From an uncultured Gammaproteobacteria bacterium (GTDB lineage Bacteria; Pseudomonadota; Gammaproteobacteria; Steroidobacterales; JBCCMA01): 64,000 nucleotides of DNA. The notes under the pieces were generated by a model, which made no database searches, was not told the origin of the DNA, and saw only the letters and a program-made list of their open reading frames with translations. Within the stretch, counting starts at the first letter, position 1; each line of letters opens with the position of its first letter. The position numbers and the translations under genes were made by a program. Of the stretch, positions 49,101 through 56,208 are shown piece after piece. The stretch is from the NCBI GenBank assembly GCA_964639265.1, contig CAZXCL010000011.1, forward strand, positions 9,362 through 73,361, given 5' to 3'.

Positions 49101-49863
49101 CCGCCATCTCGCGTACGGCTTTCGAGCTGTCGCCGGCCAAGGCAATAACGAAATCCCGATAGGGCGGCGTATCAGCCAGCTTGAACTCGTGCAGCTCCTT
49201 GATGAGCTTGGCCCGTGATGCCGCTGCCAGTCTGCGTGCGGCCTCGATAAGCTCCGGCGCGTGGTCTTTGGCCAGCGGCTTGATGGGCACCGCCTTGCGA
49301 TACATCGATCCATTGATGGAGCCGTAGCGTGCTTGCTCGTTGTACAACACATCGAACAAATCGACGACGGTACCACCGAGTGCCTCATTGAGTTTTTTCG
49401 CGTTGTCCAGCGATAGTCCTCTGGCGGTAATCTTGGAGGGTTTCGGGGGCCAGGTGCTGGTGCGTTGTCTTAAACCCGAAAAGGCCTCGGAAAAGAACAC
49501 GCGCACAAGCTTCGGGGTTTTTGCGCTACCCGCTGCACTATCGGGCAGGTCTTTACAGGCGGCAGACAAGACCTCGCTGTAGCGCTTTGCAAATTCAAAG
49601 TTATACGGACTGTCCTCGGCCAGGAGCTGACGCCTCGCTAGCGCCGGCGACTGGTGATGCATATAGCGCGTGGCGACATCGAGCTCGGAGCCAGAGCATT
49701 TTGTGGAAATCGTAGACAGCACGATCTCGTTGTCACCCGACATAATGTAGGCAGTCGCTTTGTCGCCGAGTCCGCGCTCCAACTCATCGAGACGCTTCAT
49801 GTCCGCGGCCACCACGCGCGAGCGCGGGTCCGCCATCCGCTTGAATTTATCGAGAATGCCCAA
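46138..49863 (-). CDS. very large (1241 aa) DUF4132/MolR-like protein (tentative), TTG start
   Basis: No enzymatic motifs; helical-repeat-like composition. TTG start at 49863 with an AAGGAAGA SD. First gene of the five-gene operon. Size and position match the molR-type gene upstream of yehL, as recalled. Confidence 0.55.
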   Translation of the reverse strand: MGILDKFKRMADPRSRVVAADMKRLDELERGLGDKATAYIMSGDNEIVLSTISTKCSGSELDVATRYMHHQSPALARRQLLAEDSPYNFEFAKRYSEVLSAACKDLPDSAAGSAKTPKLVRVFFSEAFSGLRQRTSTWPPKPSKITARGLSLDNAKKLNEALGGTVVDLFDVLYNEQARYGSINGSMYRKAVPIKPLAKDHAPELIEAARRLAAASRAKLIKELHEFKLADTPPYRDFVIALAGDSSKAVREMAGSITSAFDTKTLEPTALELLAKGNVTMRAGMVELLAKLGTDSALAALRAHRENEKTARIATAIDTALTVSSHAQSDTSSNDSDSQYQAIDGSIVEIPALRPLPDANVEKFGSADRDALLKAIEEENKRIEKRNEENKKKGYSYRADPVKDRLASQALSLFNAAEAPKREIKQQLNAFLTWGPGKVWARSALSKLPQRRALQMAAAISQTARSALSPYSGGPFTDAVREFISGPNGDMRHLEAIDTQMGAETWFGYGANHVRRKVQRGDFLRDVIQDGYSYMEPHLDNVPTVALWPYLAQNFDVLDEAFGLKPQKDFKLSRVGAVRVLSRLPKPPARYFGQLLEAATGETKSGRAEARAMLADAPDVERHVLGLLSDSRQAVRAGAAEWIALRKDVEAIPTLTARLKKEKSPVARAAVLSALEALGEDLSGFVGPKALLEEAEAGLKKAKFDKLHWMQLEHLPNVRYRSNRQVPDEVLRWWIFLAVKLKQPGGNALFDIYMHRLNPEDAETFSAWVLDTWFNYDTAAPTEEDGNAHANQNAAQRYQTMKKYYKDYTQERAFADLKREFMANYLNSGAAFKGLLALCKHAPTAVAADRARTYLKSHGSRTSQASSLLELLAAMGDPVTLQVVISAATRLKQKGVQKFAGALVEKVAEAKSWTMDELGDRTVPSAGLDEDGVLHLPCGLDEKLYTATIGDALTLEIRNPDGKVIKSLPAGQDDITKSSKKQLSASRRELKQVVAMQSARMYESVCSERQWAIDDWTRDISEHPVMRKLAERVVWLGLDHDGEIRGMFRPTAEGDYTDADDGDVEVDRFAQVRLAHGALIGKDDAGLWQTHLKDYEVKPLFAQFGRTLLTLDDKQASLVSIEDRKGWVTDTFTIRGAASKLGYERGEAMDAGYFNEYIKGFQSAGLIAVIEFSGNCLPEENVPAAMISLGFERYSGGRRTGGSVKLSDVPPVLLSECWNDYRAMVAKAAFDEDWEQKMPWM

Positions 49864-49990
49864 CGGATTCTTCCTTTGTGCAATGTTGCAGGTTTCTCGG
49901 CCCAGTGTAATCGCTTGGGGCGCAGGAGTGGGTAACTATCGCGGTGTAACTATTGACACCGAGCTTTAGCGCCATGCTAGCGTTTGCGCC

Positions 49991-50548
49991 ATGGAACCAC
50001 GACAGGACTACAACGTCTCGATCACGGCCGAAGACCTGCCGGATCTGGACCTTGGCGACGCACCTTTCGATCTGGTGCGTGGAAACGTGGTTCGAGAGCC
50101 CATGTCTGGTGTGCGTCACGGTGTGATTGTGGCCAGACTCACTGCCCGGCTTGACGCCTGTCTGCACCTTAGTGGGGGCGGCCATCTTTTGGCGGGCGAT
50201 CCAGGCTTCATTCTGTCTCGCAACCCCGATACGGTGCGCGGACCAGATATTGCCTTTATCCGCCACGACCGGCTGACTCACGCTATGAGCGAGACAGGCC
50301 TGTTTGAGGGCGCACCCGATCTTGCCATTGAAGTGCTCTCACCGAGTGATCGACCGTCGCGGATTAAGGCCAAAGTCAGCGACTACCTCGAGGCAGGTGC
50401 ACTTGAGGTATGGCTGGTGGATCCTCAAGAGCAGCAGGTAACGGTGTGCACTCAAGGCTCTGGGCAGAGGCTCGATGCCGCCGATACGCTCACCTGCGAA
50501 TCTCTTCTACCCGGCTTTGCGCTGCTTGTGGGCCGCCTGTTTCGCTAA
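49991..50548 (+). CDS. Uma2 family (DUF820) putative restriction-endonuclease-like protein
   Basis: 185 aa. Conserved PD-(D/E)xK-like core …PDLAIEVLSPSD…K…DYLEAGALEVWLVDP typical of the Uma2 family. Confidence 0.8.
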   Translation: MEPRQDYNVSITAEDLPDLDLGDAPFDLVRGNVVREPMSGVRHGVIVARLTARLDACLHLSGGGHLLAGDPGFILSRNPDTVRGPDIAFIRHDRLTHAMSETGLFEGAPDLAIEVLSPSDRPSRIKAKVSDYLEAGALEVWLVDPQEQQVTVCTQGSGQRLDAADTLTCESLLPGFALLVGRLFR

Positions 50549-50910
50549 AGACTCGCGACCAAAACAAGCACCCCGATCAACGTGATCGGTGGCCACCCAA
50601 TGTGTTTGCCGCGCGTAAAAACTCCGTCGAGAATCCCGGCCACCAAATGCACTAGCCCAATGCCAATGACGAGCGGCGGATAAACGAAAGTACCCTGAGC
50701 CGATAGCGCGAGATAGGCGGCAATCAAAACCCACAAGGCGCTGGTCCAGTGCCAGGCAAATCGCATTACCTGTTTTGCCAATGGATGAACCATCACACCG
50801 TGACCAGCATTGATAACAGGCGCAATCAAGCGCTTCTCGCCGAAATAGGAATGGATAAGAGCGGTCACAACGCACAAGAAAGCGGCGGCATAGAGCAAGA
50901 GTGTTGCCAT
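50545..50910 (-). CDS. small hypothetical integral membrane protein (4 TM)
   Basis: Hydrophobic 121-aa ORF with no known motif. Confidence 0.45.
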   Translation of the reverse strand: MATLLLYAAAFLCVVTALIHSYFGEKRLIAPVINAGHGVMVHPLAKQVMRFAWHWTSALWVLIAAYLALSAQGTFVYPPLVIGIGLVHLVAGILDGVFTRGKHIGWPPITLIGVLVLVASL

Positions 50911-51030
50911 CTGGTACGGCTCCTTTGATTAGCTGACGCGCTAAATGGTACTCCATACAATGCGCACCTCGCATTGACTTCCATATAAGCACAGACTAAT
51001 ATAATTGCCCACTAATAATGTGAGGCAGTT

Positions 51031-51666
51031 ATGGACCTGCACTACGCGTTAGGCGCCGAATTTCGCAAACTATCGGAGCGTGAGTATCTGGGCAAACGCG
51101 TACGAGTCGTGGCCGCTTCTCGTATCTACCCGACTTCGCAGGCGGATCTTTGGAATGCCATCACTAACAAGGAGCGCCTGCCGCGCTGGTTCGCGTCCGT
51201 GGAGGGCAACTTCGAGCTGAATGGCCGATTCCAAATCGAGGGCAACGCAAACGGCAGAATAATCCGATGCGAAGCACCGAAGGTGCTCGAGCTGACCTGG
51301 GAGATATCCTCGAGTAAAAGCTGGGTGCACGTACGCTTGAACGAAGAAGCCAAAGGCACTCGTCTGTTGCTCGAGCACCTGATGGAAAAGGACGGCCTGG
51401 GCGAAGAACACTGGAACAAATACGGCCCTGGCGCCACCGGTGTCGGATGGGACTACGGATTCCTTGATCTGGGCCTGCATCTTGATTCGCCGGGCCAGGA
51501 TATCGATCGTTCAGACCATGACAGATGGCTTATTTCAGACGATGGTAAGGCCTGGGCACGGCAGTGCGCATCCGCGTGGGGCGATGCACACATCAAGGCT
51601 GGAAAAGATGAAGACACGGCGCGGACAATGGCCGAGAACACGGCGAATTTCTATGCGGGTGAATAG
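51031..51666 (+). CDS. SRPBCC superfamily (AHSA1/activator-of-Hsp90-ATPase-like) protein
   Basis: 211 aa. Classic pairing with a downstream overlapping ArsR gene. WNAITNKERLPRWF motif typical of the family. Confidence 0.7.
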   Translation: MDLHYALGAEFRKLSEREYLGKRVRVVAASRIYPTSQADLWNAITNKERLPRWFASVEGNFELNGRFQIEGNANGRIIRCEAPKVLELTWEISSSKSWVHVRLNEEAKGTRLLLEHLMEKDGLGEEHWNKYGPGATGVGWDYGFLDLGLHLDSPGQDIDRSDHDRWLISDDGKAWARQCASAWGDAHIKAGKDEDTARTMAENTANFYAGE

Positions 51667-52001
51667 TGCACGCATTTGACGTTCTCGGCGATCCGGTACG
51701 CCGGCGCATACTCGAAATTCTCGCGCGTAACGAGCATCTGGCTTCCGGCGAGATCGTCAAGATCATTGGCGCCGAATTTGGCATCACGCAGTCCGCCGTT
51801 TCACAGCATTTGAAAGTGATTCGGGACAGCGGGTTTGCGAACGTGACGATCGCCGGATCTCGCCGTTTGTATGAACTCGAAACCGAACCGCTGCAAGAGG
51901 TGGACGGTTGGCTATCACAATTCAGGGATTTCTGGGCACCGAAACTTGACGCACTGGCGACCGAAGTTGAGCGTGGCAAACGGCAGCGCAGAAAAAAGTG
52001 A
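51666..52001 (+). CDS. ArsR/SmtB family transcriptional regulator
   Basis: HTH VLGDPVRRRILEILARNEHLASGEIVKIIG…SQSAVSQHLKVIRDSGF. GTG start overlapping the SRPBCC stop. Confidence 0.8.
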   Translation: MHAFDVLGDPVRRRILEILARNEHLASGEIVKIIGAEFGITQSAVSQHLKVIRDSGFANVTIAGSRRLYELETEPLQEVDGWLSQFRDFWAPKLDALATEVERGKRQRRKK

Positions 52002-52066
52002 CCTACACTATGACAAAGCACTTGCACTAACGGCTGGCCGGCGCGAAAAGCGAACAAGAGGTTGTC

Positions 52067-52429
52067 ATGACAGACACAAGCCATCACGACAAAACCATCG
52101 CAAACATGACCTTTGCATCCATCTATCCTCACTATGTTGCGAAGGTGGAGAAAAAGGGCAAGACGAAAGATGAATTGCATCAGGTGATACGATGGCTCAC
52201 CGGTTTCACCGACAAACAGCTGGAAAAGCTGATCAAGGATGAAGTGACATTTGAGGGCTTGTTTCAAAAAGCAAAGCTCAATCCCAATGCCCATATGATC
52301 AAAGGCGTGATATGCGGCTACAGAGTTGAAGACATCACGAACCCGCTCACGCAAAAGGCCCGCTACCTGGACAAACTCGTGGACGAACTGGCCCGGGGCA
52401 AGAAGATGGAAAACATCCTGAGAAGTTAG
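52067..52429 (+). CDS. DUF2200 domain protein
   Basis: 120 aa. FASIYPHYVAKVEKKGKTKDELHQVIRWLTGF matches the DUF2200 pattern from memory. Confidence 0.7.
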   Translation: MTDTSHHDKTIANMTFASIYPHYVAKVEKKGKTKDELHQVIRWLTGFTDKQLEKLIKDEVTFEGLFQKAKLNPNAHMIKGVICGYRVEDITNPLTQKARYLDKLVDELARGKKMENILRS

Positions 52430-52501
52430 ACCCATGCGCATAAGAAATATCAAAGCGACGGGCACTGTTCAGTTTTTTGAAACTATTGTCTACTTTACCG
52501 G

Positions 52502-52529
52502 TTGACAGATTGTGTTTCCGGCGTATACT
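52502..52529 (+). promoter_or_regulatory. near-consensus sigma70 promoter TTGACA-N16-TATACT
   Basis: TTGACA at 52502-52507 and TATACT at 52524-52529, read directly. No annotated gene starts immediately downstream except the candidate small transcript. Confidence 0.55.
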
Positions 52530-52536
52530 GCCGCGC

Positions 52537-52817
52537 ACTATGAATCACTTCACGCAAACAAACGGGTCACATACCGCCGCTAAACGGCGCTGGCAGTCGT
52601 ATGCCAGTGTCAATACGAACGGCGTTGCGCACCTGCCCGGTATGAACCTCATACCGACGCATTTTGCGTTTGACCGTTGTGATTTGCTCGCCACGATCAG
52701 TGGGGAACCAGTGACTTAGCCTTTCAGGAATTTTTCCCGGAAGGCTCGACAATCGAACCTTCCAGGGAAGCTCCAGCAAGAGACCCCGGTCGGTTCACAC
52801 CCTCCGGGGTTTTTTTA
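52537..52817 (+). ncRNA. candidate about 280-nt small RNA (or leaderless small-ORF mRNA) bounded by consensus promoter and intrinsic terminator
   Basis: Promoter at 52502-52529 and rho-independent terminator at 52783-52817. Internal inverted repeats (CCCGGAAGG…CCTTCCAGGG). The only ORF is a 59-aa reading frame starting 3 nt after the predicted TSS with no SD and unremarkable sequence. Confidence 0.35.
52783..52817 (+). terminator. rho-independent terminator (ACCCCGG-loop-CCGGGGT followed by T7)
   Basis: GC-rich 7-bp stem at 52783-52810 followed by TTTTTTT at 52810-52816, read directly. Confidence 0.65.
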
Positions 52818-53248
52818 TGTACAGATTCATGGCCAACGGCGACAGCCGCGGGTCTTGTTTAGCGGCCTGGCGCTGCTAACCGTCGGTAACGGCGGTAAAG
52901 GGATGCAGCAGTGCGTCCCGCCGAGGCATCGTCCCCGGTCACTCCAGGCAAGTCCGACCTCCCGAGTTCTCGATACGTCGGGAATAGCGGCGAAGCGATG
53001 CGCTTAACCCGCGTCGTTAGTCGCAAGAGGCAACGGATAGTGCACGTGTGCGAGCTTCGCAACCAAGCGCGCGTGTGCAGAAAGACGGGGGGCGGTGTGC
53101 AGCCGATGTCCTGTCTTTCCGTTTAGTAGCCGGCGGGCGAACGACAATCGACGGGCGGCCACCTTGTGGCCGCTTGTCACTCCAATGCACTGACTGCATG
53201 GTTTTTGCGAGACAGGACAATAACAAAACGAATACCGAGGAGAAATCG

Positions 53249-54658
53249 ATGTCATTTTTGCATGAAGTACAAAAAGTTTCGGACGCACACTACGTGCTAC
53301 CAAAGATCGGCGACATGCGTACCGAGGTGCACGCTTTTCTTTCGGACACGCTGTTTGCGCAAACGGACGAAGCGCTCTGGCGGCAAGCGGCTCGCGCGGC
53401 GGCCTACCCCGGCATGATCGGCCTGTACCTGATGCCGGACACTCACCTGGGTTACGGCATTCCTGTCGGCGGCGTGGCGGTGACCGAGGATGTGATCATT
53501 CAGGCCGGCAGCGGTTACGACATTTCGTGCGGTGTTGTGTATCTGAAGGTACCGGACCTGACAGCCGCAGACGTGGCAGACTGGGACCGCCGTCGCCGCT
53601 GGATCGATGAAGTAGAGCTGCGCATCGCCACCGGGCTTGGCAGCAATCGTCCCAAGCACATGCCGCGCCTTGCCGATACGAAGATCGAGGACATCTTCCG
53701 CTACGGCGCCCAAGCCATCGGTGTGCGCGCCGATGTATGTGAGCGACAGTATATTGACGTTGACGAAGAGGCCTTCGACACGGAACGCATCCAGCGGGCG
53801 CGCAGCAAAGCGGGCCCGCAGATCGGATCGGTCGGCGGCGGCAACCACTTCGTTGAGATGCAGGTGGACGTCAACGACGGCTCGGTGTGGGTCATGATTC
53901 ACTGCGGCAGTCGTGGCTACGGCTGGCAAACGGCGAATCACTACTTCTATGAAGGCGCGGCTCTTCGTGGACTGGCCAAGAACCGTCGCGAGGAATCATG
54001 GCTGCGCGTCGACGAACGGTTGGGACGCGAGTACTGGGCGCATCACAACTCGGCAGCGAACTACGCCGTGGCCAACCGGCACATTATTGTTCGGGGCGTG
54101 TGCAAGGCACTGGAGAATGTCTTCGATGCCAGCGGAGAGGTTTTTTACGAGATCTCACACAACCTCGTGCAGGAGGAAACGCTGGTGCTGCCCGACGGCA
54201 CGACGAAGAAAGGATTTGTTCACCGCAAAGGCGCAACTCGTGCGTTCCCGGCCGGACATCCTGATCTCAAGGGCACCAAGTGGGAGACCACCGGTCACCC
54301 CTGCCTAGTTCCCGGTTCGATGCTCGACGGTGCCGCTATTTTGTACCCGCTCAAGGGCGCCTACCAGTCCGGCTGTTCGGTCAATCATGGCTCTGGTCGG
54401 GTCATGGCACGCGGTCAGGCCAAGCGCGAACTGGCCGAAGTGCATGACGAGATCGACGATGAAATGCGCTACATCAAGCGTACGCTCGGTGGGGTCGAGA
54501 TTGAGGGCATTGTCGGCAATACTCGGCGCACGCCTCTGGATGAGTGCGGCCACGTCTACAAGGATCTGGACGAGGTGCTGAGCGTGCTTGAGACCGAAGG
54601 CATTGCACGCGTGGCAAACCGAATGTATCCGGTCGCCAACATCAAGGGCACCGATTAG
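53249..54658 (+). CDS. rtcB: RNA-splicing ligase RtcB
   Basis: 469 aa. Conserved His-rich metal sites (PDTHLGYGIPVGG, GGNHFVE, HNL, NHGSGR). Strong SD GAGGAGA 5 nt upstream. No rtcA or rtcR adjacent. Confidence 0.9.
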   Translation: MSFLHEVQKVSDAHYVLPKIGDMRTEVHAFLSDTLFAQTDEALWRQAARAAAYPGMIGLYLMPDTHLGYGIPVGGVAVTEDVIIQAGSGYDISCGVVYLKVPDLTAADVADWDRRRRWIDEVELRIATGLGSNRPKHMPRLADTKIEDIFRYGAQAIGVRADVCERQYIDVDEEAFDTERIQRARSKAGPQIGSVGGGNHFVEMQVDVNDGSVWVMIHCGSRGYGWQTANHYFYEGAALRGLAKNRREESWLRVDERLGREYWAHHNSAANYAVANRHIIVRGVCKALENVFDASGEVFYEISHNLVQEETLVLPDGTTKKGFVHRKGATRAFPAGHPDLKGTKWETTGHPCLVPGSMLDGAAILYPLKGAYQSGCSVNHGSGRVMARGQAKRELAEVHDEIDDEMRYIKRTLGGVEIEGIVGNTRRTPLDECGHVYKDLDEVLSVLETEGIARVANRMYPVANIKGTD

Positions 54659-54671
54659 CAGGGCATCCATT

Positions 54672-54696
54672 GGGCCGGGGCATCAGGTCCCGGCCC
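54672..54696 (+). terminator. GC hairpin (GGGCCGGG-9 nt-CCCGGCCC) 14 nt after the rtcB stop, lacking a U-tract
   Basis: Perfect 8-bp stem read directly. Possible rtcB terminator or stabiliser. Confidence 0.4.
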
Positions 54697-54821
54697 ATCC
54701 CGGAAAACGACACATCTCTCGCAAAAAGATCACACCCAGATAACAACAAGACCGGCCGCAGAGCCTAGACTTGCTGCGTGGTTCGTGAGCCATGACTGCG
54801 GGGAACGATGTGTTCTGGATC

Positions 54822-54863
54822 CACTATCACATGTAATATCTTGTGTTATTACATGTGATAGTG
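54822..54863. promoter_or_regulatory. perfect 17-bp inverted repeat CACTATCACATGTAATA-N8-TATTACATGTGATAGTG (candidate operator) immediately upstream of the yjfI-pspA-like operon
   Basis: Read directly. AT-rich, 13 bp upstream of the first possible start codon (54876). Size and symmetry are typical of a dimeric transcription-factor operator. Confidence 0.55.
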
Positions 54864-54875
54864 TAAACTTCTGTC

Positions 54876-55505
54876 ATGGTTGTGAAAACATCTGCTCATT
54901 ATCAGCGCGAATATCGGCGCAGACTGCGTGAAAAAGGTCTGATCAAGAAGGAAATCTGGATTCGCCCGGAGAACACTGACAAGGCCCGGGAGCTGGAAAA
55001 AACCCTGCGCTGCAGCGCCGACGACTTTTCGGCCAAAGCGGCGAGCATGCAGCGGCCCAAGTGGCTCACCTCCAACCTGTTCGCCGAACTTTGCACATCC
55101 CCGCTGATTCAATCGCAAAGAGCGACGGCTGAGCTCATCGAGGGCGTCGATCCAACCATCCTGGTCGTGATGCACGAGTACGGCGATCTGCCGCTGTTCG
55201 TCACCGTGGCAGGCGATCAGATCATCGCAGAAGCGGTGCTGTGGCCGACCTCTCACGTACGCGACTTCGCTGCGTTCAACGAAACCGTTCTGCGAACGCA
55301 CAAGTTCTTTCCGTTGTCGACGGTTTGCCTGAGTAAACGTACCGACGACGACTACTACCTGATGTTCGGATCGCTGGGTGCAAGCTCAGACTTGTCCGAC
55401 ATCGTTTATGAAATCGAGATTCTGGCAAGCAATGTCATACACGCAACAGAAGCGTATGCAGACATGCTCGACGCCACACCTTCAGAGAAAGGAGAAGCAC
55501 TATGA
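54876..55505 (+). CDS. DUF2170 (YjfI-like) protein with about 57-aa N-terminal extension (alternative start at 55047)
   Basis: C-terminal about 150 aa match the YjfI/DUF2170 pattern (MHEYGDL…, DDYYLMFGSLGASSDLSDIVYEIEIL). The N-terminal extension KKEIWIRPENTDKARELEKTL is AT-richer and looks like a strand-helix DNA-binding motif. Stop overlaps the pspA-like start (ATGA). Confidence 0.6.
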   Translation: MVVKTSAHYQREYRRRLREKGLIKKEIWIRPENTDKARELEKTLRCSADDFSAKAASMQRPKWLTSNLFAELCTSPLIQSQRATAELIEGVDPTILVVMHEYGDLPLFVTVAGDQIIAEAVLWPTSHVRDFAAFNETVLRTHKFFPLSTVCLSKRTDDDYYLMFGSLGASSDLSDIVYEIEILASNVIHATEAYADMLDATPSEKGEAL

Positions 55506-56194
55506 ATATGTTGGCAAAGATGATCACCGCACTGCGCGGAGGCGTCAATGAGGCCGGGGAGGCTATTGTCGATAGCCAGGCCCTGCGCATCCTGGATCAG
55601 GAATTGCGCGACGCTGCCGATGAACTAAAGCAATCCAAGGACAGTCTCGCCGCAATCATCGCTCGGGAAAAAGTTTCCAATGAAAAGTCCGGTCGCCTCA
55701 AAGAGAAAATTGAGGAACACGAAGGCTACGCCGTCAAGGCCCTGGACAAAGGCGACGAGACGCTCGCGCATGATGTTGCAACGAAAATTGCAGAGCTCGA
55801 AGCGCAACTGAAAACCGAGGAACAAACCGGCGCCGGTTATACCGCCAGCGCCAATGATCTTCGCGCTGCTATTCAGGCCGCTGAGCGCGACATCACGCGC
55901 ATGAAGCAGCAGGTCGATACGGTTAAAGCCACCGAAAGCGTGCAGCGCGCCCAGGCCGCCGTGTCCGAGCGCCACAGCGGTTCGAATTCGAAGCTGCGCA
56001 CGGCTGTCGACTCGCTTGAGCGTATTAAGGAAAAGCAGGAGCTTCGTTCGGCAAAAATGAACGCCGCACGGGACCTTTCCAGCGATTTGGGGGCAGAGTC
56101 ACTGGACAATCGGCTGGAAAGCGCAGGCATCAAATCTCGCGGCGCCAATGCCGAAGACGTGCTCGCACGATTGAAGAAAAAGGCCAGCAGCTAA
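55502..56194 (+). CDS. PspA/IM30 (ESCRT-III-like) family protein, YjfJ-like
   Basis: 230-aa coiled-coil protein. Pattern …DTVKATESVQRAQAAV… and C-terminal AEDVLARLKKK match the YjfJ/PspA family from memory. Confidence 0.75.
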   Translation: MNMLAKMITALRGGVNEAGEAIVDSQALRILDQELRDAADELKQSKDSLAAIIAREKVSNEKSGRLKEKIEEHEGYAVKALDKGDETLAHDVATKIAELEAQLKTEEQTGAGYTASANDLRAAIQAAERDITRMKQQVDTVKATESVQRAQAAVSERHSGSNSKLRTAVDSLERIKEKQELRSAKMNAARDLSSDLGAESLDNRLESAGIKSRGANAEDVLARLKKKASS

Positions 56195-56208
56195 GGCAAA
56201 GGTAAGCA

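Noticed and set aside
52477-52719. 80-aa ORF spanning the consensus promoter
   Set aside because: It begins upstream of its own -35 box, so it cannot be expressed from that promoter. Only the 59-aa internal frame is conceivable, and even that lacks an SD.
52740-52780. GGTTCGATTGTCG on the minus strand as a tRNA/tmRNA T-loop
   Set aside because: Does not match GGTTCGAATCC. No acceptor-stem pairing or CCA context. No tRNA-like cloverleaf can be drawn.
53180-53248. Possible sigma54 (-24/-12) promoter for rtcB (TGGTTTTTGC)
   Set aside because: GG and GC elements are only 5 nt apart instead of 10. No rtcR/EBP gene is nearby.
52859-53303. Short ORFs on both strands (67-99 aa) in the rtcB upstream gap; also tmRNA and RNase P RNA hypotheses for this gap
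   Set aside because: ORFs are Arg-rich, lack RBS and overlap each other. The tmRNA idea failed: no tag-peptide frame ends in AA-stop, and there is no GGGG 5' end or T-arm/CCA 3' end. The RNase P idea failed: only a partial CR-I-like match, CR-II to CR-V not found, and the length is too short.
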